Part shown: piece by piece, positions 49,946 to 60,745 of the stretch | How positions within the stretch are numbered: the stretch's first letter is position 1 | How the letters are laid out: the number at the start of each line of letters is the position of its first letter | Source: Candidatus Bathyarchaeota archaeon | GTDB lineage: Archaea > Thermoproteota > Bathyarchaeia > Bathyarchaeales > Bathycorpusculaceae | Assembly (NCBI GenBank): GCA_963733095.1 | Contig: CAVTBV010000013.1 | Location: forward strand, 128,001 to 192,000 | DNA length: 64,000 bases | Direction: 5' to 3' | The notes under the pieces: generated by a model | The model's database searches: none | The model's input: the letters and a program-made list of their open reading frames with translations, nothing else | What the model was told of the DNA's origin: nothing | Translations under genes and position numbers: made by a program

Positions 49946-50545
49946 ATGTCCGACTCCAACTTTACCAAACAGAGAACGGGTGCAGTTTCAGGCATAATAG
50001 CGCCCATAGTTGCCTTCATCTGCATATTATCTGCCATCGCATCTTACCCCTCGTTCAGCTGGACAAACAACGCCTTAAGCGACTTAGGTGTGGTACAGGG
50101 CATAACGGCGGAGCTCTTCAATTTTGGGCTTTTTGCCAGTGGACTTTTAGCCTTTAATTTTGCGGTGTTCGGTTTGTTCTCGTATCTGGGAAAAAGCTGG
50201 GTGGGCAAAATCGGCTCCGTGGTCTTTGCAGCTGCAACCTTAGCGCTTATTGCCATCAGCGTGTTCAACGAGCATTATTCACCAACCCACTACCTGGTTT
50301 CGGTAGCTTTCTTTACTTTAGCGCCTATTGCGCTTTTCATCTTAACCGCCGGGTTTTTGCTTTGTCATATGCGATCAATGGCGGTTTTTACGGTTGCAGT
50401 TGGAATCGCGGCGGCGCTCCCTTGGCTTTTGTTGTTTGCATTCAACTATGTTCCAAACGTTGCTATTCCCGAGTTTTTGTCAGGACTCACCGTTTCCGTT
50501 TGGGCTATTGTGGTCGGCAAAAAGATGTTAAGCGCTACGGTTTGA
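49946..50545 (+). CDS. DUF998 family membrane protein
   Basis: FSWTNNALSDLG motif and multiple TM helices. Confidence 0.82.
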   Translation: MSDSNFTKQRTGAVSGIIAPIVAFICILSAIASYPSFSWTNNALSDLGVVQGITAELFNFGLFASGLLAFNFAVFGLFSYLGKSWVGKIGSVVFAAATLALIAISVFNEHYSPTHYLVSVAFFTLAPIALFILTAGFLLCHMRSMAVFTVAVGIAAALPWLLLFAFNYVPNVAIPEFLSGLTVSVWAIVVGKKMLSATV

Positions 50546-51536
50546 TTGCGTCAACGTACATTTGAGCGCAACAAAAAGATGAAAAAACGGTTCCATAACC
50601 CATGTTTTTTGCGTATTCAACTGCTTCTTCGCTTGGAAACGCGATAGCGTCAACCCCTGCTTTTAGGGCTAAAACATCTGTTTCGCCGCGGCTTTTCCCT
50701 TTGGGACGCATACAACCCAACACGAGGGGTGTTTGGGGAAACATCTGTCGCGCCAGCGCCGACACCTTGGCTATATCTGCTGGTTTGGGCGGCAGAGTTG
50801 TTGCCATGATTGTTCCGTGGATGGGCATGAACGCAATTATCACGAGTGCTGAGGGTTTGATTTGCCTTATCATTTGGAGCGCTTTTAGTTCGCCGTCGAG
50901 TTTGCCCTCATTTAACCCAACAATAACGTGGGGAACAATGCTTAATTCGGCCTTTTGAAGTGCTTTGAGTGAGTCGGCGTAGTCTTGGACGGTTACTTTG
51001 AGGTTGTAGATTTTCTCGACAGTTTCCGCGGAGCCGATAACATCGATTAATGCAGCGTCAACTCCTGCAGTCTTAAGAGCCATTGCGGTTTCCTGCTTGA
51101 TTATGCCTGTATGGACAAAAACTGTTAAGCCTAACTCTCGCTTAAACCTGCCCAGCACGGGCACAAAATCGTCCAACGGCACCGAACCGTCAGGTAAGCA
51201 TCCGCCACTGACTAAACAACCCACAGCGCCATTCTGCTTGAGCTTGACACCCAACTCTAAGAGCTGCTCAGGCGAGAGTGCAGGCTGCATGGTTTCGAGC
51301 ACTTTGCCGCCGCAGTGCTTACAGTTCAAGGCGCAGGTGTTACCTGTAACAGAGATTGTTGGGAAGTCAGTTGTCGAGGAGCAGTAATGTTTGGTTTTGT
51401 AATAGGTGAAGCTGGGTGCGTAAAAGTGAATTTGGTTTCCTCTTGATTTAAAAGCTTCTGAGTCGAGCAAATCTAAGAGTTCTTCATCTTTTAAGTTCCA
51501 AATCGTTTCTGTGGACAGCTGTACCATATTTTTCAA
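50535..51536 (-). CDS. Radical SAM protein (biotin-synthase-related archaeal family)
   Basis: CALNCKHC, LVSGG, LGCMRP, C-terminal CC. Confidence 0.88.
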   Translation of the reverse strand: MKNMVQLSTETIWNLKDEELLDLLDSEAFKSRGNQIHFYAPSFTYYKTKHYCSSTTDFPTISVTGNTCALNCKHCGGKVLETMQPALSPEQLLELGVKLKQNGAVGCLVSGGCLPDGSVPLDDFVPVLGRFKRELGLTVFVHTGIIKQETAMALKTAGVDAALIDVIGSAETVEKIYNLKVTVQDYADSLKALQKAELSIVPHVIVGLNEGKLDGELKALQMIRQIKPSALVIIAFMPIHGTIMATTLPPKPADIAKVSALARQMFPQTPLVLGCMRPKGKSRGETDVLALKAGVDAIAFPSEEAVEYAKNMGYGTVFSSFCCAQMYVDAIKP

Positions 51537-51646
51537 GCCTAAAGATATTTATCTTGCTTAATAGGGTAGCGCAACCCAGCTGTTTAAACGACTAAGGAAA
51601 AAAAGTGATCTTCTCAAATGAAACGACTCTGGGTTGCCTCGAACAT

Positions 51647-54439
51647 TTAGGTGTGGTCATGTCTGCTTGGATCTTCTGTTGTTTTGCCGAATCGTCTAAT
51701 GAATAGCTTGCGGATTTCCTCAGCGAAGACAACCACGAGCGCCAGCGAAATTAGAAATGCCCAGTCTGTTAAGCCCAACGCTACTGTACCGAAAACATCC
51801 TGCATCAAAGGCACGTAAACAAGCACAGCAAGAATCGAAAGCTGCGCTATTATGCCTGCGATGATCCATTTGTTGGTTTTGAGGCTGGTTTTGAAGATGG
51901 ATTGTTTGCTTGTTCTACATGCTAAGACGTTTCCTGCTTGCGCAACAACTATGCTTGCGAAAGTCAGCGTTACACCTTTTAGGTATATTGGGTTGTTGTT
52001 CGGTAGGTCACCGCCCCAATGCCAGTCGATAGGTACGGGCATTCCAATATGCCAGCCGCCAGACGCCCAAATGCTCAAGCACCCCATCATCGCGCCAATC
52101 GCTATGATTACACCGATGAATAGTGAACGCCCGAAGACTCTGCCCGTAAACAATCTTTCTTTTATGCTTCTTGGCGGCTCCTCCATGATGCCTATTTCTG
52201 GTGGCTCACGGCTAAGAGCTAAACTTGGAATGACATCAATTGCTAAGTCAATGGCTAAAACCTGAACGACAAGCAACGGCAAAGGCATTCCTAATAGTGC
52301 ATAGAGTATAAAGGGAATTAGCTCTGCCCAGTTATGGGAGAATACGTAAACGATGAATTTGCGGATGTTCTCGTAGATTGCTCTGCCCGATTCGACGGCT
52401 TTTACGATAGAGGCAAAACTGTCGTTGAGCAAAACTATGTCTGCAGCTTCACGGGCAACGTCTGTGCCTGAAGCTCCCATCGCAACACCAATGTCGGCTT
52501 CCTTTAGTGAGGGGGCATCGTTTGCTCCATCACCCGTAACTGCAACAATCTCGCCGCTTCCTTTGAGAACCTTAACTATGCGAAGCTTCTGCTCTGGAGA
52601 AACCCGCGCAAAAATAACGTTTCCCTTTTTAACCTCATCCACGACGGCTTGATCACTTAGGTCTTCAAGGTCTACGCCTCGTATTACTTGAGCGAATCCT
52701 TTTTCGACTATGCCGACATCCTGAGCTATAGATTGAGCAGTTGGACCATAATCGCCTGTAATGATGACTGTTTTGATTCCTGCTTGCTTTGCTTTTTCAA
52801 CTGCATCTTTAACTTCTGCTCTAGGCGGATCACGCATGCCAGCTAAACCAACGAAGATAAGATCTTTTTCAACTTCTGTACCCTTCTTGTACTCTGTTTT
52901 GGGCAATTGCTTATACGCTACTGCTATAACGCGCAAACCCGCATTTGCAAACTCGTGAATTCTTGCTTCAATCCAAGCCATGTTTTGTTCGTTTAAATCT
53001 TCAATTTTACCTTCAACGAGTACTCTACTGCAAACATCTAGGATGTTTCTGGGTGCACCTTTCGTATAGATTAAGACGTTGCCATCTAGTTTATGAACAG
53101 TAGTCATGCGTTTACGTTCAAAACTGAAAGGCAAAACATCCAAAATTGGTTTGGCGGCTAACGCATCCTGAATGTTCACACTTGATTTGAGTGTGGCAAC
53201 AAGCAAAGCTCCATCTGTGGGGTCTCCAATGACGTTCCAGTTTTTGTTTTTGTCCGATGGGGGGTCAAGTTTCGCGCCGTTGCAGAGGGCTGCAATCTCG
53301 AGAAGTCTCTCCAAAGAAGCTGTTTGTCCGCTTTCCAGTGGCTGACCATTTATCGTGAAATTGCCCTCGGGCTTATACCCTGCGCCGGAAACGTTAACTG
53401 TGTAGTCAAAAACCCACAGCTTGTTGACTGTCATTTCGCCTTTAGTTATTGTTCCGGTTTTGTCGGTGCAAATAACGGTGACACTGCCCAAAGTCTGCAC
53501 AGCAGACAACCGCTTAACCAACACGTTCTGCCTAACCATCTTGAGCACATTAATGGCTAAAGCACTGGAAACCGTGACCTGCAAACCTTCAGGAACACAA
53601 CATACCATCACACCAATCATGAAAAGAATACTGGTTGCCAACGCAACGTGTAAGAAAAGAAAGCTAGCCATGAAGAAAATCGTGCCAACGGCAATAGCTA
53701 TGATAAAATCATACCTTGCCATCAACGCAATCTCTTTATGAAGTGGGCTTTCTTCTTGGCGAATTGTCTGAGTTAAACTGGCAATTTTGCCAAACTGTGT
53801 TCCCATACCTGTAGCATAAGCAACCGCTTTGCCGCTTCCCTTAGCCACGCTGGTGCTCATAAAAATAAGGTTAGGCGCATACAAATACGCCTTCTCCACT
53901 GTTTTGACTGTTTCAGCAACTCTTGGCTGAGGCTCAGATTCCCCTGTTAAGGGAACATTATTTGTCCACAAGTCATAAGCTTCAATTACTCGTGCATCTG
54001 CCGGTACCCGGTCGCCTTCCTCTAAAACAACGATGTCGCCAGGTACTATTTCTCTAACCTGAATTTTCTTTAATTCGCCGTCACGGATAACTTTGGCGTA
54101 TTCAGGCATCCAACTCTTCAGGGTTGCCATAGCTTTTTCGGCACGTGACTCTTGGAATATGCTGACGAATATGTTCACGAAAACTACGGCTAAAATGATT
54201 AAGGAAAGCTCTGGGTTGGAGAAATACGAAAGAAAAGCTGCTACTAAAAGCAAAATCCCAAATAAATCCCTGAGATGGTGGATGAACTTGTTTACTAGTG
54301 GGATTTGTCTTCTTTCGGAAAGTTTGTTGTAGCCGTATTTTTTTAAGCGCAGTTTAGCCTCTTGGCTTGTTAATCCGTTTGCTGTTGTGTTTAGGTCTTC
54401 GAAAACCTTGTCAATAGGCATAGACGCAGCTTTTTCCAA
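51647..54439 (-). CDS. Type II P-type cation-transporting ATPase
   Basis: TGES, VPEGL, DKTGT, KGAP, TGD, GDGANDAPSL. Confidence 0.95.
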   Translation of the reverse strand: MEKAASMPIDKVFEDLNTTANGLTSQEAKLRLKKYGYNKLSERRQIPLVNKFIHHLRDLFGILLLVAAFLSYFSNPELSLIILAVVFVNIFVSIFQESRAEKAMATLKSWMPEYAKVIRDGELKKIQVREIVPGDIVVLEEGDRVPADARVIEAYDLWTNNVPLTGESEPQPRVAETVKTVEKAYLYAPNLIFMSTSVAKGSGKAVAYATGMGTQFGKIASLTQTIRQEESPLHKEIALMARYDFIIAIAVGTIFFMASFLFLHVALATSILFMIGVMVCCVPEGLQVTVSSALAINVLKMVRQNVLVKRLSAVQTLGSVTVICTDKTGTITKGEMTVNKLWVFDYTVNVSGAGYKPEGNFTINGQPLESGQTASLERLLEIAALCNGAKLDPPSDKNKNWNVIGDPTDGALLVATLKSSVNIQDALAAKPILDVLPFSFERKRMTTVHKLDGNVLIYTKGAPRNILDVCSRVLVEGKIEDLNEQNMAWIEARIHEFANAGLRVIAVAYKQLPKTEYKKGTEVEKDLIFVGLAGMRDPPRAEVKDAVEKAKQAGIKTVIITGDYGPTAQSIAQDVGIVEKGFAQVIRGVDLEDLSDQAVVDEVKKGNVIFARVSPEQKLRIVKVLKGSGEIVAVTGDGANDAPSLKEADIGVAMGASGTDVAREAADIVLLNDSFASIVKAVESGRAIYENIRKFIVYVFSHNWAELIPFILYALLGMPLPLLVVQVLAIDLAIDVIPSLALSREPPEIGIMEEPPRSIKERLFTGRVFGRSLFIGVIIAIGAMMGCLSIWASGGWHIGMPVPIDWHWGGDLPNNNPIYLKGVTLTFASIVVAQAGNVLACRTSKQSIFKTSLKTNKWIIAGIIAQLSILAVLVYVPLMQDVFGTVALGLTDWAFLISLALVVVFAEEIRKLFIRRFGKTTEDPSRHDHT

Positions 54440-55077
54440 TGTTATTCCGCCAAAATCTTTGTTATTGTCTGTTTTATGTCACCCTCGACAGTATCTGGAG
54501 ATGAATGGTGCTAAGGGCGCTTGGAACAATCCATTATTTTGATGAACAGGAACAGCTTGATGGTTCATTAATATCCTCGGTCGCTGATTTTACATCGCCA
54601 ATTTTGACGATTTGTTTTGGGGTTATTATTGTTTGTTGCATTTAAACTAATCGCAGGTAAAGCTGTATTTAACTCGCAAGAAATGGTGCAGACTGATGAA
54701 TTGTATGCAAACGGATTCCTATCCATTTAATATTTTTGCTCCTTTAAGCGCCGAATTCTTGCTAAATAAAAAAATAAAATGGATTTATTCTTTTTTGCGA
54801 ATTAGCCTTAACCGTTTTGCAAAGTCTAATTAACCGCTCGCTTTTTAACCGAATTGTCCACGAACAAGTATTTTCTAAGAAAAAACCTCTCAAAAAGTCA
54901 TTGACCATCAATTTTCTAACTCAACTATTTTCAAAGAATCATGCCATAAAGTTAATAGGCTACAAACTCAACTTCCATGTAGTTTACCCATTTCATGAGA
55001 GAGTAAATAATGCTTCAAATAATTAAAAAGGAAGTCTTTCAAGTAATAAATTCAATTAAATTGGAGATCGAATAATT

Positions 55078-57294
55078 ATGGCGCGTTATAGGCAAACAGA
55101 CGAAATTGTAAAACTAATGGAAACCCCGACATACATACGCAACACCAGCATCATCGCCCACGTAGACCACGGAAAAACCACCCTATCCGACAGCTTACTC
55201 GCCGCGGCAGGCATCATCAGCACCCAAACAGCAGGACAAAAACTGTTCCTTGACTCCTGGGACCTTGAGCAAAAACGTCAAATGACCGTTTTCGCCTCAA
55301 ACGTCAGCTTAGTCCACACATACCAAGAAAAAGATTACTTAATCAACCTAATCGATACACCCGGTCACATCGATTTTTCAGGCGCAGTAACAAGAAGCCT
55401 GAGAGCCGTCGACGGCGCACTAGTAGTCGTCGACGCCGTTGAGGGACCAATGACTCAGACAGAAACCGTTTTGATGCAGGCTCTACGGGAACGCGTTAAA
55501 CCAATCCTTTTCATCAACAAAGTTGACAGATTAATCAAAGAAATCAAACTAACACCACAAGAAATCCAAAAGAAATTTGCCAAGATTCTCCTAAGAGTCA
55601 ACAATCTAATCGAGAAATATGCACCTGCCGAACACAAGAAAGACTGGCAAGTAACAATCGAGGATAGCCGTGTTGCATTCGGCTCAGCTCTTCACAAATG
55701 GGGCTTAAACCTCGATCACATGAAAATGAAGAAAGTCAGCTTCCAAGACATCATTGACGCCTATACAGGTGACCCGATAGATGTAGGTCGAAAAGTCGAT
55801 GAACTAAGCAAGAAGGCGCCTTTACCCGAACCAATTTTGGACATGTTCTGCAAACACTTACCAAACCCATTTGAAGCACAGCCTTACAGGCAGCCTCAAA
55901 TTTGGCCAGGCGACGTAGAAAGCCCAACAGGCCAAGGAATGGCAAAAGTTGATCCTAAAGCACCGTTGCTCATGTGCATATCCACAATCGAAGTTGACCC
56001 ACACAGTGGAACTGTTGCAATCGGCAGAATCTTCAGCGGCTCAATCGAGCGAGGCAAAACAGTTCAACTCGTCAGCAGCAACAACAAAGGCACTATCCAA
56101 CAGGTCTTCATGAGTATGGCAACCGACCGAGTTCTCATCGACCGTGTTCCAGCAGGAAACATTGGAGCCATCTCAGGTTTACCATCCATCCATGTCGGCG
56201 AAACCATCGCTGAAGAAGGAATCGAAGTACATTCCTTCGAAGGCTTACGATACGTTTCCGACCCAGTCGTAACCGTCGCCGTGGAACCAGAAGACGTCAA
56301 AGACCTCCCCCTATTCGACAAAGTCATGCACAAACTCACAACTGAAGACCCCAACCTGCACTTTACCATGAACAAGGAAAGCGGTGAGTTCCTCCTGTCT
56401 GGTATGGGTGAACTTCACCTTGAAATTACTGCATACCGAATGCAAGAAGCAGGCTTAAAAGTTAAACTCAGTAAGCCAATCGTGATCTTCAGAGAAACCA
56501 TCAGTCACGATTACAGGGGTCCCGCAATCATGGGTAAAAGCCCAAACAAACACAACAAACTCTGGATAACCATCGATAGATTATCTGACGACGTAATTGA
56601 AGCAATAAAGTCTGATAAAATCAATGACATGCAAAGCAGAGACGAACGAACCAAAGTGCTCAGGTCACTTGGCTGGTCACCTGACGAAGCCAAAGGCGCG
56701 GTTGCTGTTGAAGAAAACAACATTCTCGTTAACCGTATCAGAGGGCGTCAGTATGTGGAAGAAATTATTGACCACATAAAGACTGGATTCCGTGAAGCAG
56801 TTCACACCTCACCGCTCGCTAAAGAACCCGCATATGGCCTAAAAATTAACCTAGAAGACATTGTCTTGCACGAAGACCCAGTGCACCGCGGACCCGCACA
56901 AGCAATCCCCATGACTTGGAGACCAATCTACTGCGCCATCCTCCTTAGCGACCCCAAACTGCTTGAACCGCTTATGAGCTTCGAATGCAAAGTCCCAAGC
57001 GAATTCGTCAGCAACGTCATCACAATGCTCAACAAACGACGCGGCAAAATCCTCGACATGCCCTCAGAAGAAGACATGATAACAGTCAAAGCTGAAATGC
57101 CAGTATCCGAATCCTTCGGAATCGCCGACGAACTCCGCAGCAGCACACAAGGCCGAGCTTTCTGGGCAACACAGTTCAGCAGATGGGCACCAGTTCCAGA
57201 ACAGATGCAGGCAGAAACCATAAAGAAGATTCGCGAACGCAGAGGCTTACCACCTATTCCACCAAAACCAGAAGAATACTTCGAGAAAGAATAA
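55078..57294 (+). CDS. Elongation factor 2 homologue, probably the aEF-2p paralogue
   Basis: AHVDHGKTT, DTPGH, NKVD and the diphthamide loop HEDPVHRGPAQ; G2 reads RQMT instead of RGIT; not adjacent to uS7. Confidence 0.9.
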   Translation: MARYRQTDEIVKLMETPTYIRNTSIIAHVDHGKTTLSDSLLAAAGIISTQTAGQKLFLDSWDLEQKRQMTVFASNVSLVHTYQEKDYLINLIDTPGHIDFSGAVTRSLRAVDGALVVVDAVEGPMTQTETVLMQALRERVKPILFINKVDRLIKEIKLTPQEIQKKFAKILLRVNNLIEKYAPAEHKKDWQVTIEDSRVAFGSALHKWGLNLDHMKMKKVSFQDIIDAYTGDPIDVGRKVDELSKKAPLPEPILDMFCKHLPNPFEAQPYRQPQIWPGDVESPTGQGMAKVDPKAPLLMCISTIEVDPHSGTVAIGRIFSGSIERGKTVQLVSSNNKGTIQQVFMSMATDRVLIDRVPAGNIGAISGLPSIHVGETIAEEGIEVHSFEGLRYVSDPVVTVAVEPEDVKDLPLFDKVMHKLTTEDPNLHFTMNKESGEFLLSGMGELHLEITAYRMQEAGLKVKLSKPIVIFRETISHDYRGPAIMGKSPNKHNKLWITIDRLSDDVIEAIKSDKINDMQSRDERTKVLRSLGWSPDEAKGAVAVEENNILVNRIRGRQYVEEIIDHIKTGFREAVHTSPLAKEPAYGLKINLEDIVLHEDPVHRGPAQAIPMTWRPIYCAILLSDPKLLEPLMSFECKVPSEFVSNVITMLNKRRGKILDMPSEEDMITVKAEMPVSESFGIADELRSSTQGRAFWATQFSRWAPVPEQMQAETIKKIRERRGLPPIPPKPEEYFEKE

Positions 57295-57436
57295 GCCCAA
57301 AACTCTTCTCTCTTTCTATTTTCTTTTATTTTATATTTTAAAAAACGACTTTTACTTTTCTCTCTTGCCTCTTTATTCCAAGGCAGAAAGAGGAAGGCTT
57401 TAAAGCAAAATCCAAGTTAACGTTTAGTGACTGCTT

Positions 57437-58027
57437 ATGATAATTGGAATCTGCGGTAGCCCCCGAAAACAATCAACGGAATACGTCCTTGAAGAAGCCC
57501 TAAAGATGCTGTCGGAGAAGGGTTTTGAAACTAAACTCTGGACGGTTAGGGGTAAATGGGTAGATTACTGTGCACACTGCGATTACTGCCTAACAAACAA
57601 GGAATGCGTTGTCCAGGATGATTTGCAAGAACTCTATGCGTTGCTTACTGGAGCCCAAGGCATAATCTTCGCTTCTCCAGTCTATAACGGTGGAGTCAGC
57701 GCTCAAACCAAAGCTGTAATGGACAGAATGCGGGCGGCAGTTGCGGCAGACAAGAACTTTTTTAAGGGCAAAGTCGGCATGGGCATCGTTACAGGCGGCG
57801 ACAGAAATGGCGGCCAAGAATTTGCTCTTATGCAGATGCATAGTTTCTTTATTATAAACGGTATGATTCCGGTGGGCGGTGGATTCTTTGGTGCAAACTT
57901 GGGTGCAACCTTCTGGTCCAAAGATACTTTGGAAGGCGTCAAGTTAGATGAGGAAGGTTTCCGTAGCCTAAAGAAAACCACTAAAAGATTCGCTGAGTAT
58001 TTGGAGCTTTACAGTAAAAGTAAGTGA
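57437..58027 (+). CDS. Iron-sulfur flavoprotein (Isf) family
   Basis: GSPRK, CAHCDYC-x5-C, SPVYNG, GGDRNGGQE. Confidence 0.88.
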   Translation: MIIGICGSPRKQSTEYVLEEALKMLSEKGFETKLWTVRGKWVDYCAHCDYCLTNKECVVQDDLQELYALLTGAQGIIFASPVYNGGVSAQTKAVMDRMRAAVAADKNFFKGKVGMGIVTGGDRNGGQEFALMQMHSFFIINGMIPVGGGFFGANLGATFWSKDTLEGVKLDEEGFRSLKKTTKRFAEYLELYSKSK

Positions 58028-58033
58028 AATTTT

Positions 58034-58618
58034 ATGGCTGAAGTAAAAGTTAAGAAAACAAAAGTTGCCTGGGGCATCACAGGTGCCGGCGACAAAATCG
58101 CTGAAATCATCGAAACCATGAAAGACCTAAAACGGCAATCCGAAGGCATAGTTGAAGTTGACGTTTACCTCTCAAAAGCAGCTGACACTATGCTCAAATT
58201 CTACCGCTTAGACGAGGAAATAAAGAAAAGCTTCGCCAAGGTGGCAGTTGAGTCGAATTCGAATTCACCTTTTCTCGCAGGTATGATGCAGAGTCACAAA
58301 TACGAGTTTCTGCTGATTTTTCCAGCATCTTCCAATACAGTAGCTAAACTGGTTAACGGCATTGGAGACACCCTGCTCACGAACTCGGCGATTATGAGCC
58401 TCAAAGCATTCGTGCCCGTCTGGGTCATGCCAGTAGACTACAAAGAAAGCGTCATCTCAACCAAACTGCCCAACGGCAAAGAGATGAAAATTCGTGTACG
58501 CAAAGAAGAAGCCGAGCAGGTGCGCAAACTAGAGCAGACAGAAGATGTACGTGTGTTTGAGAACCCTGCAAAGGTGCGTGAGGGGTTTTTAGAGTGGCTA
58601 AAAACCGTTAAACCCTAG
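58034..58618 (+). CDS. afpA: Archaeoflavoprotein AfpA (HFCD flavoprotein)
   Basis: VAWGITGAG, SNSPFLAG, PASSNTVAK..GIGDTL; directly downstream of isf. Confidence 0.8.
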   Translation: MAEVKVKKTKVAWGITGAGDKIAEIIETMKDLKRQSEGIVEVDVYLSKAADTMLKFYRLDEEIKKSFAKVAVESNSNSPFLAGMMQSHKYEFLLIFPASSNTVAKLVNGIGDTLLTNSAIMSLKAFVPVWVMPVDYKESVISTKLPNGKEMKIRVRKEEAEQVRKLEQTEDVRVFENPAKVREGFLEWLKTVKP

Positions 58619-58707
58619 CTTACTTTTGATGAGTTATTATCCTATATTTTTTAAAAAATATTCAGGGCGGGGTGGCGGATTGAACCCGTCGTCTCCTGTT
58701 TGTTTTG

Positions 58708-59571
58708 TTAGTTGAATTCTTTTCTTTCGAATAAAATCAACCCTAAGATTGCGGTGACAGCGAAGTATATTGCCATGATAGCGAGTCCTTCAGGAATTGT
58801 GGCATTGTATGTGTTCAATGTGGGTCCGCCTCCGCCAGGACGTAGGCTGACTGAATCTATGTGTGGTGGATAGGGCGATGTTAATACGTTGCCGACTATT
58901 TGGGAGCCATACGTCAAGATGAACCAAGGCTCAATTTGGACAAGTCCAGCAACAAGTTGTTGTATTAGCGTGAAAACGAACAAGAACAATATAGCTGTAA
59001 GAAGGATAGACATCGAGCTGCTCTTGAACAGCGAGCTAAAGAAGAACGTGAAGCCAAGAACCGCAACTAAATACAGCAAAGCGAACAACAGTGACTCGAC
59101 GAATTGGTATGGCACACCTGAGAAGTAGTATAAGCCGTTCCCTAATGTGACGACTGTGAAAACACCCAGGATAGCAATTGATGCCATGAATGCCGCGATC
59201 CATTTTCCTATATAGATGGATGAGCGCCTGATTGGGTTGGGAACTCCGAAATACCCTGTCTTGTTTTGAAATTCACCTGAAATTGCGTCGCCGCCAAAGA
59301 AAATCCCCGAAAGAATAATCACAAAAGTAACTGAATTGCCCCACCAACTATTGTAGAATCCAAGCTCGGAAGATAGAAAGCCAGCTGGACGGTAATATCC
59401 TACAAGAACCGTGAGAAGCAAACTTATCAGCGCTGTTATAATCAGCATAATAAAGAACCGTCGGGACCTTATGTAGTCTAGAAGAGTGTACTTGGTGATT
59501 ATGCCAACTTGGGCAATGCTGCTTGGTACAACATTTTTTGATGCAAAGTTTGTTTGAGTCATATCTATCAC
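58708..59571 (-). CDS. ABC-2 type transporter permease
   Basis: Six TM helices; ISGEFQNKTG..P.RRSSIYIGK. Confidence 0.88.
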   Translation of the reverse strand: MIDMTQTNFASKNVVPSSIAQVGIITKYTLLDYIRSRRFFIMLIITALISLLLTVLVGYYRPAGFLSSELGFYNSWWGNSVTFVIILSGIFFGGDAISGEFQNKTGYFGVPNPIRRSSIYIGKWIAAFMASIAILGVFTVVTLGNGLYYFSGVPYQFVESLLFALLYLVAVLGFTFFFSSLFKSSSMSILLTAILFLFVFTLIQQLVAGLVQIEPWFILTYGSQIVGNVLTSPYPPHIDSVSLRPGGGGPTLNTYNATIPEGLAIMAIYFAVTAILGLILFERKEFN

Positions 59572-60509
59572 AACGTAGCGGTTATGAGTTTAAGGTAAAC
59601 ATCTTCAAGTTCAGATGATGCAGCTTTATAGCTGACAACGCCGATGTTTAGTTTGACAATGTCGTTTAGGAGCCGCTCCTGTACTTCTAAGCCTCCCTTG
59701 AAGATTATCTTTAGGTCTTTGTCATCTATTTTTTCTGCAGCAACAACATCTGGCAAAGCTGCGATGGTTTGGGTTACAATTTTAGTGTCCATTGAACGTC
59801 CTAATCCAACTTCAACCACGTTGTTTCCTCCGGAGAACTTTGCTGTCACATGTGGCAGGGTGTCGTAAATGATTAGTTTCCCGTGGTTTATCATGGCGAC
59901 TTCGTCGCAGACATCAGAAACCTCGCTTAGGATATGTGAGCTCATGAATATAAGGCGCTTTTTGCCTTTGAGCCCTTTGATTATGTCGCGGACTTCACTC
60001 ATGCCTCTAGGGTCAAGTCCAGTGGTAGGTTCATCTAAAAGAACCACGTCTGGGTCACTTAGCAAAGCAGAAGCGATGCAGATTCGTTGCTTCATGCCCT
60101 TCGAAAACTTGCCTACACGCTTATCAATCCATTCTTCCATGCGCAATTCCGCGGTGACTTCTTCTACACGTTTCTTTCTCTCAGCATGCGGTATTCCACG
60201 TATCTCCGCAATCATGGTTAAGGCTTCTCTTGGCGTAAGTGAAGAATAGATTTCTGGGGTTTCAATGAGGGTGCCTACGCTTTCGAGTGCTTTTTTCTTG
60301 TGGGTGTGCACGTTTACGCCGTTGATTAGAGCTTGTCCTTTGGTCGGTTTGATTAGGTCGGTGAACATCTTTAGGGCGGTTGTTTTTCCTGCCCCGTTGG
60401 GTCCCAGAAAACCGACGCATTTTGTTCCCTCAATCTTCAAGTTTAAATCCGAGAGAGCTGCGAATGCGCCATATTCTTTTGTTAGATTAACTGCTTCTAT
60501 TGATGGCAT
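59568..60509 (-). CDS. ABC transporter ATP-binding protein
   Basis: GPNGAGKT, FSKGMKQR, LLDEPTTGLD, SSH. Confidence 0.95.
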   Translation of the reverse strand: MPSIEAVNLTKEYGAFAALSDLNLKIEGTKCVGFLGPNGAGKTTALKMFTDLIKPTKGQALINGVNVHTHKKKALESVGTLIETPEIYSSLTPREALTMIAEIRGIPHAERKKRVEEVTAELRMEEWIDKRVGKFSKGMKQRICIASALLSDPDVVLLDEPTTGLDPRGMSEVRDIIKGLKGKKRLIFMSSHILSEVSDVCDEVAMINHGKLIIYDTLPHVTAKFSGGNNVVEVGLGRSMDTKIVTQTIAALPDVVAAEKIDDKDLKIIFKGGLEVQERLLNDIVKLNIGVVSYKAASSELEDVYLKLITATL

Positions 60510-60745
60510 CGATTATCTCTTCTTCGAGAAGGTTACGAAAGTGTGGCTTAAAAGGTATACTCACTACAAGGAGATATCTGCAGCACAGGTTCGCAGCCGC
60601 AACTCTGGAAATTTAAGTACCCGCTTCCAAGAATTTAATTTTGGTTTGAAGAAAGTATTTTAACCCAGCGTTTTTGTACTTGAGAGTAGGCTGGTACCGA
60701 AGGTTCAGTGGATAATGAAGATTCAATGCCTAAAGCTAAGGTAGG

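Noticed and set aside
54475-54641. Short minus-strand frame MQQTIITPKQIVK...
   Set aside because: Early stop and no recognisable motif; cannot be supported as a gene.
58665-58696. tRNA-3'-half-like sequence (GGGTTCAATCC on the minus strand)
   Set aside because: Stems do not pair well and there is no 5' half; could be chance or terminator-related.
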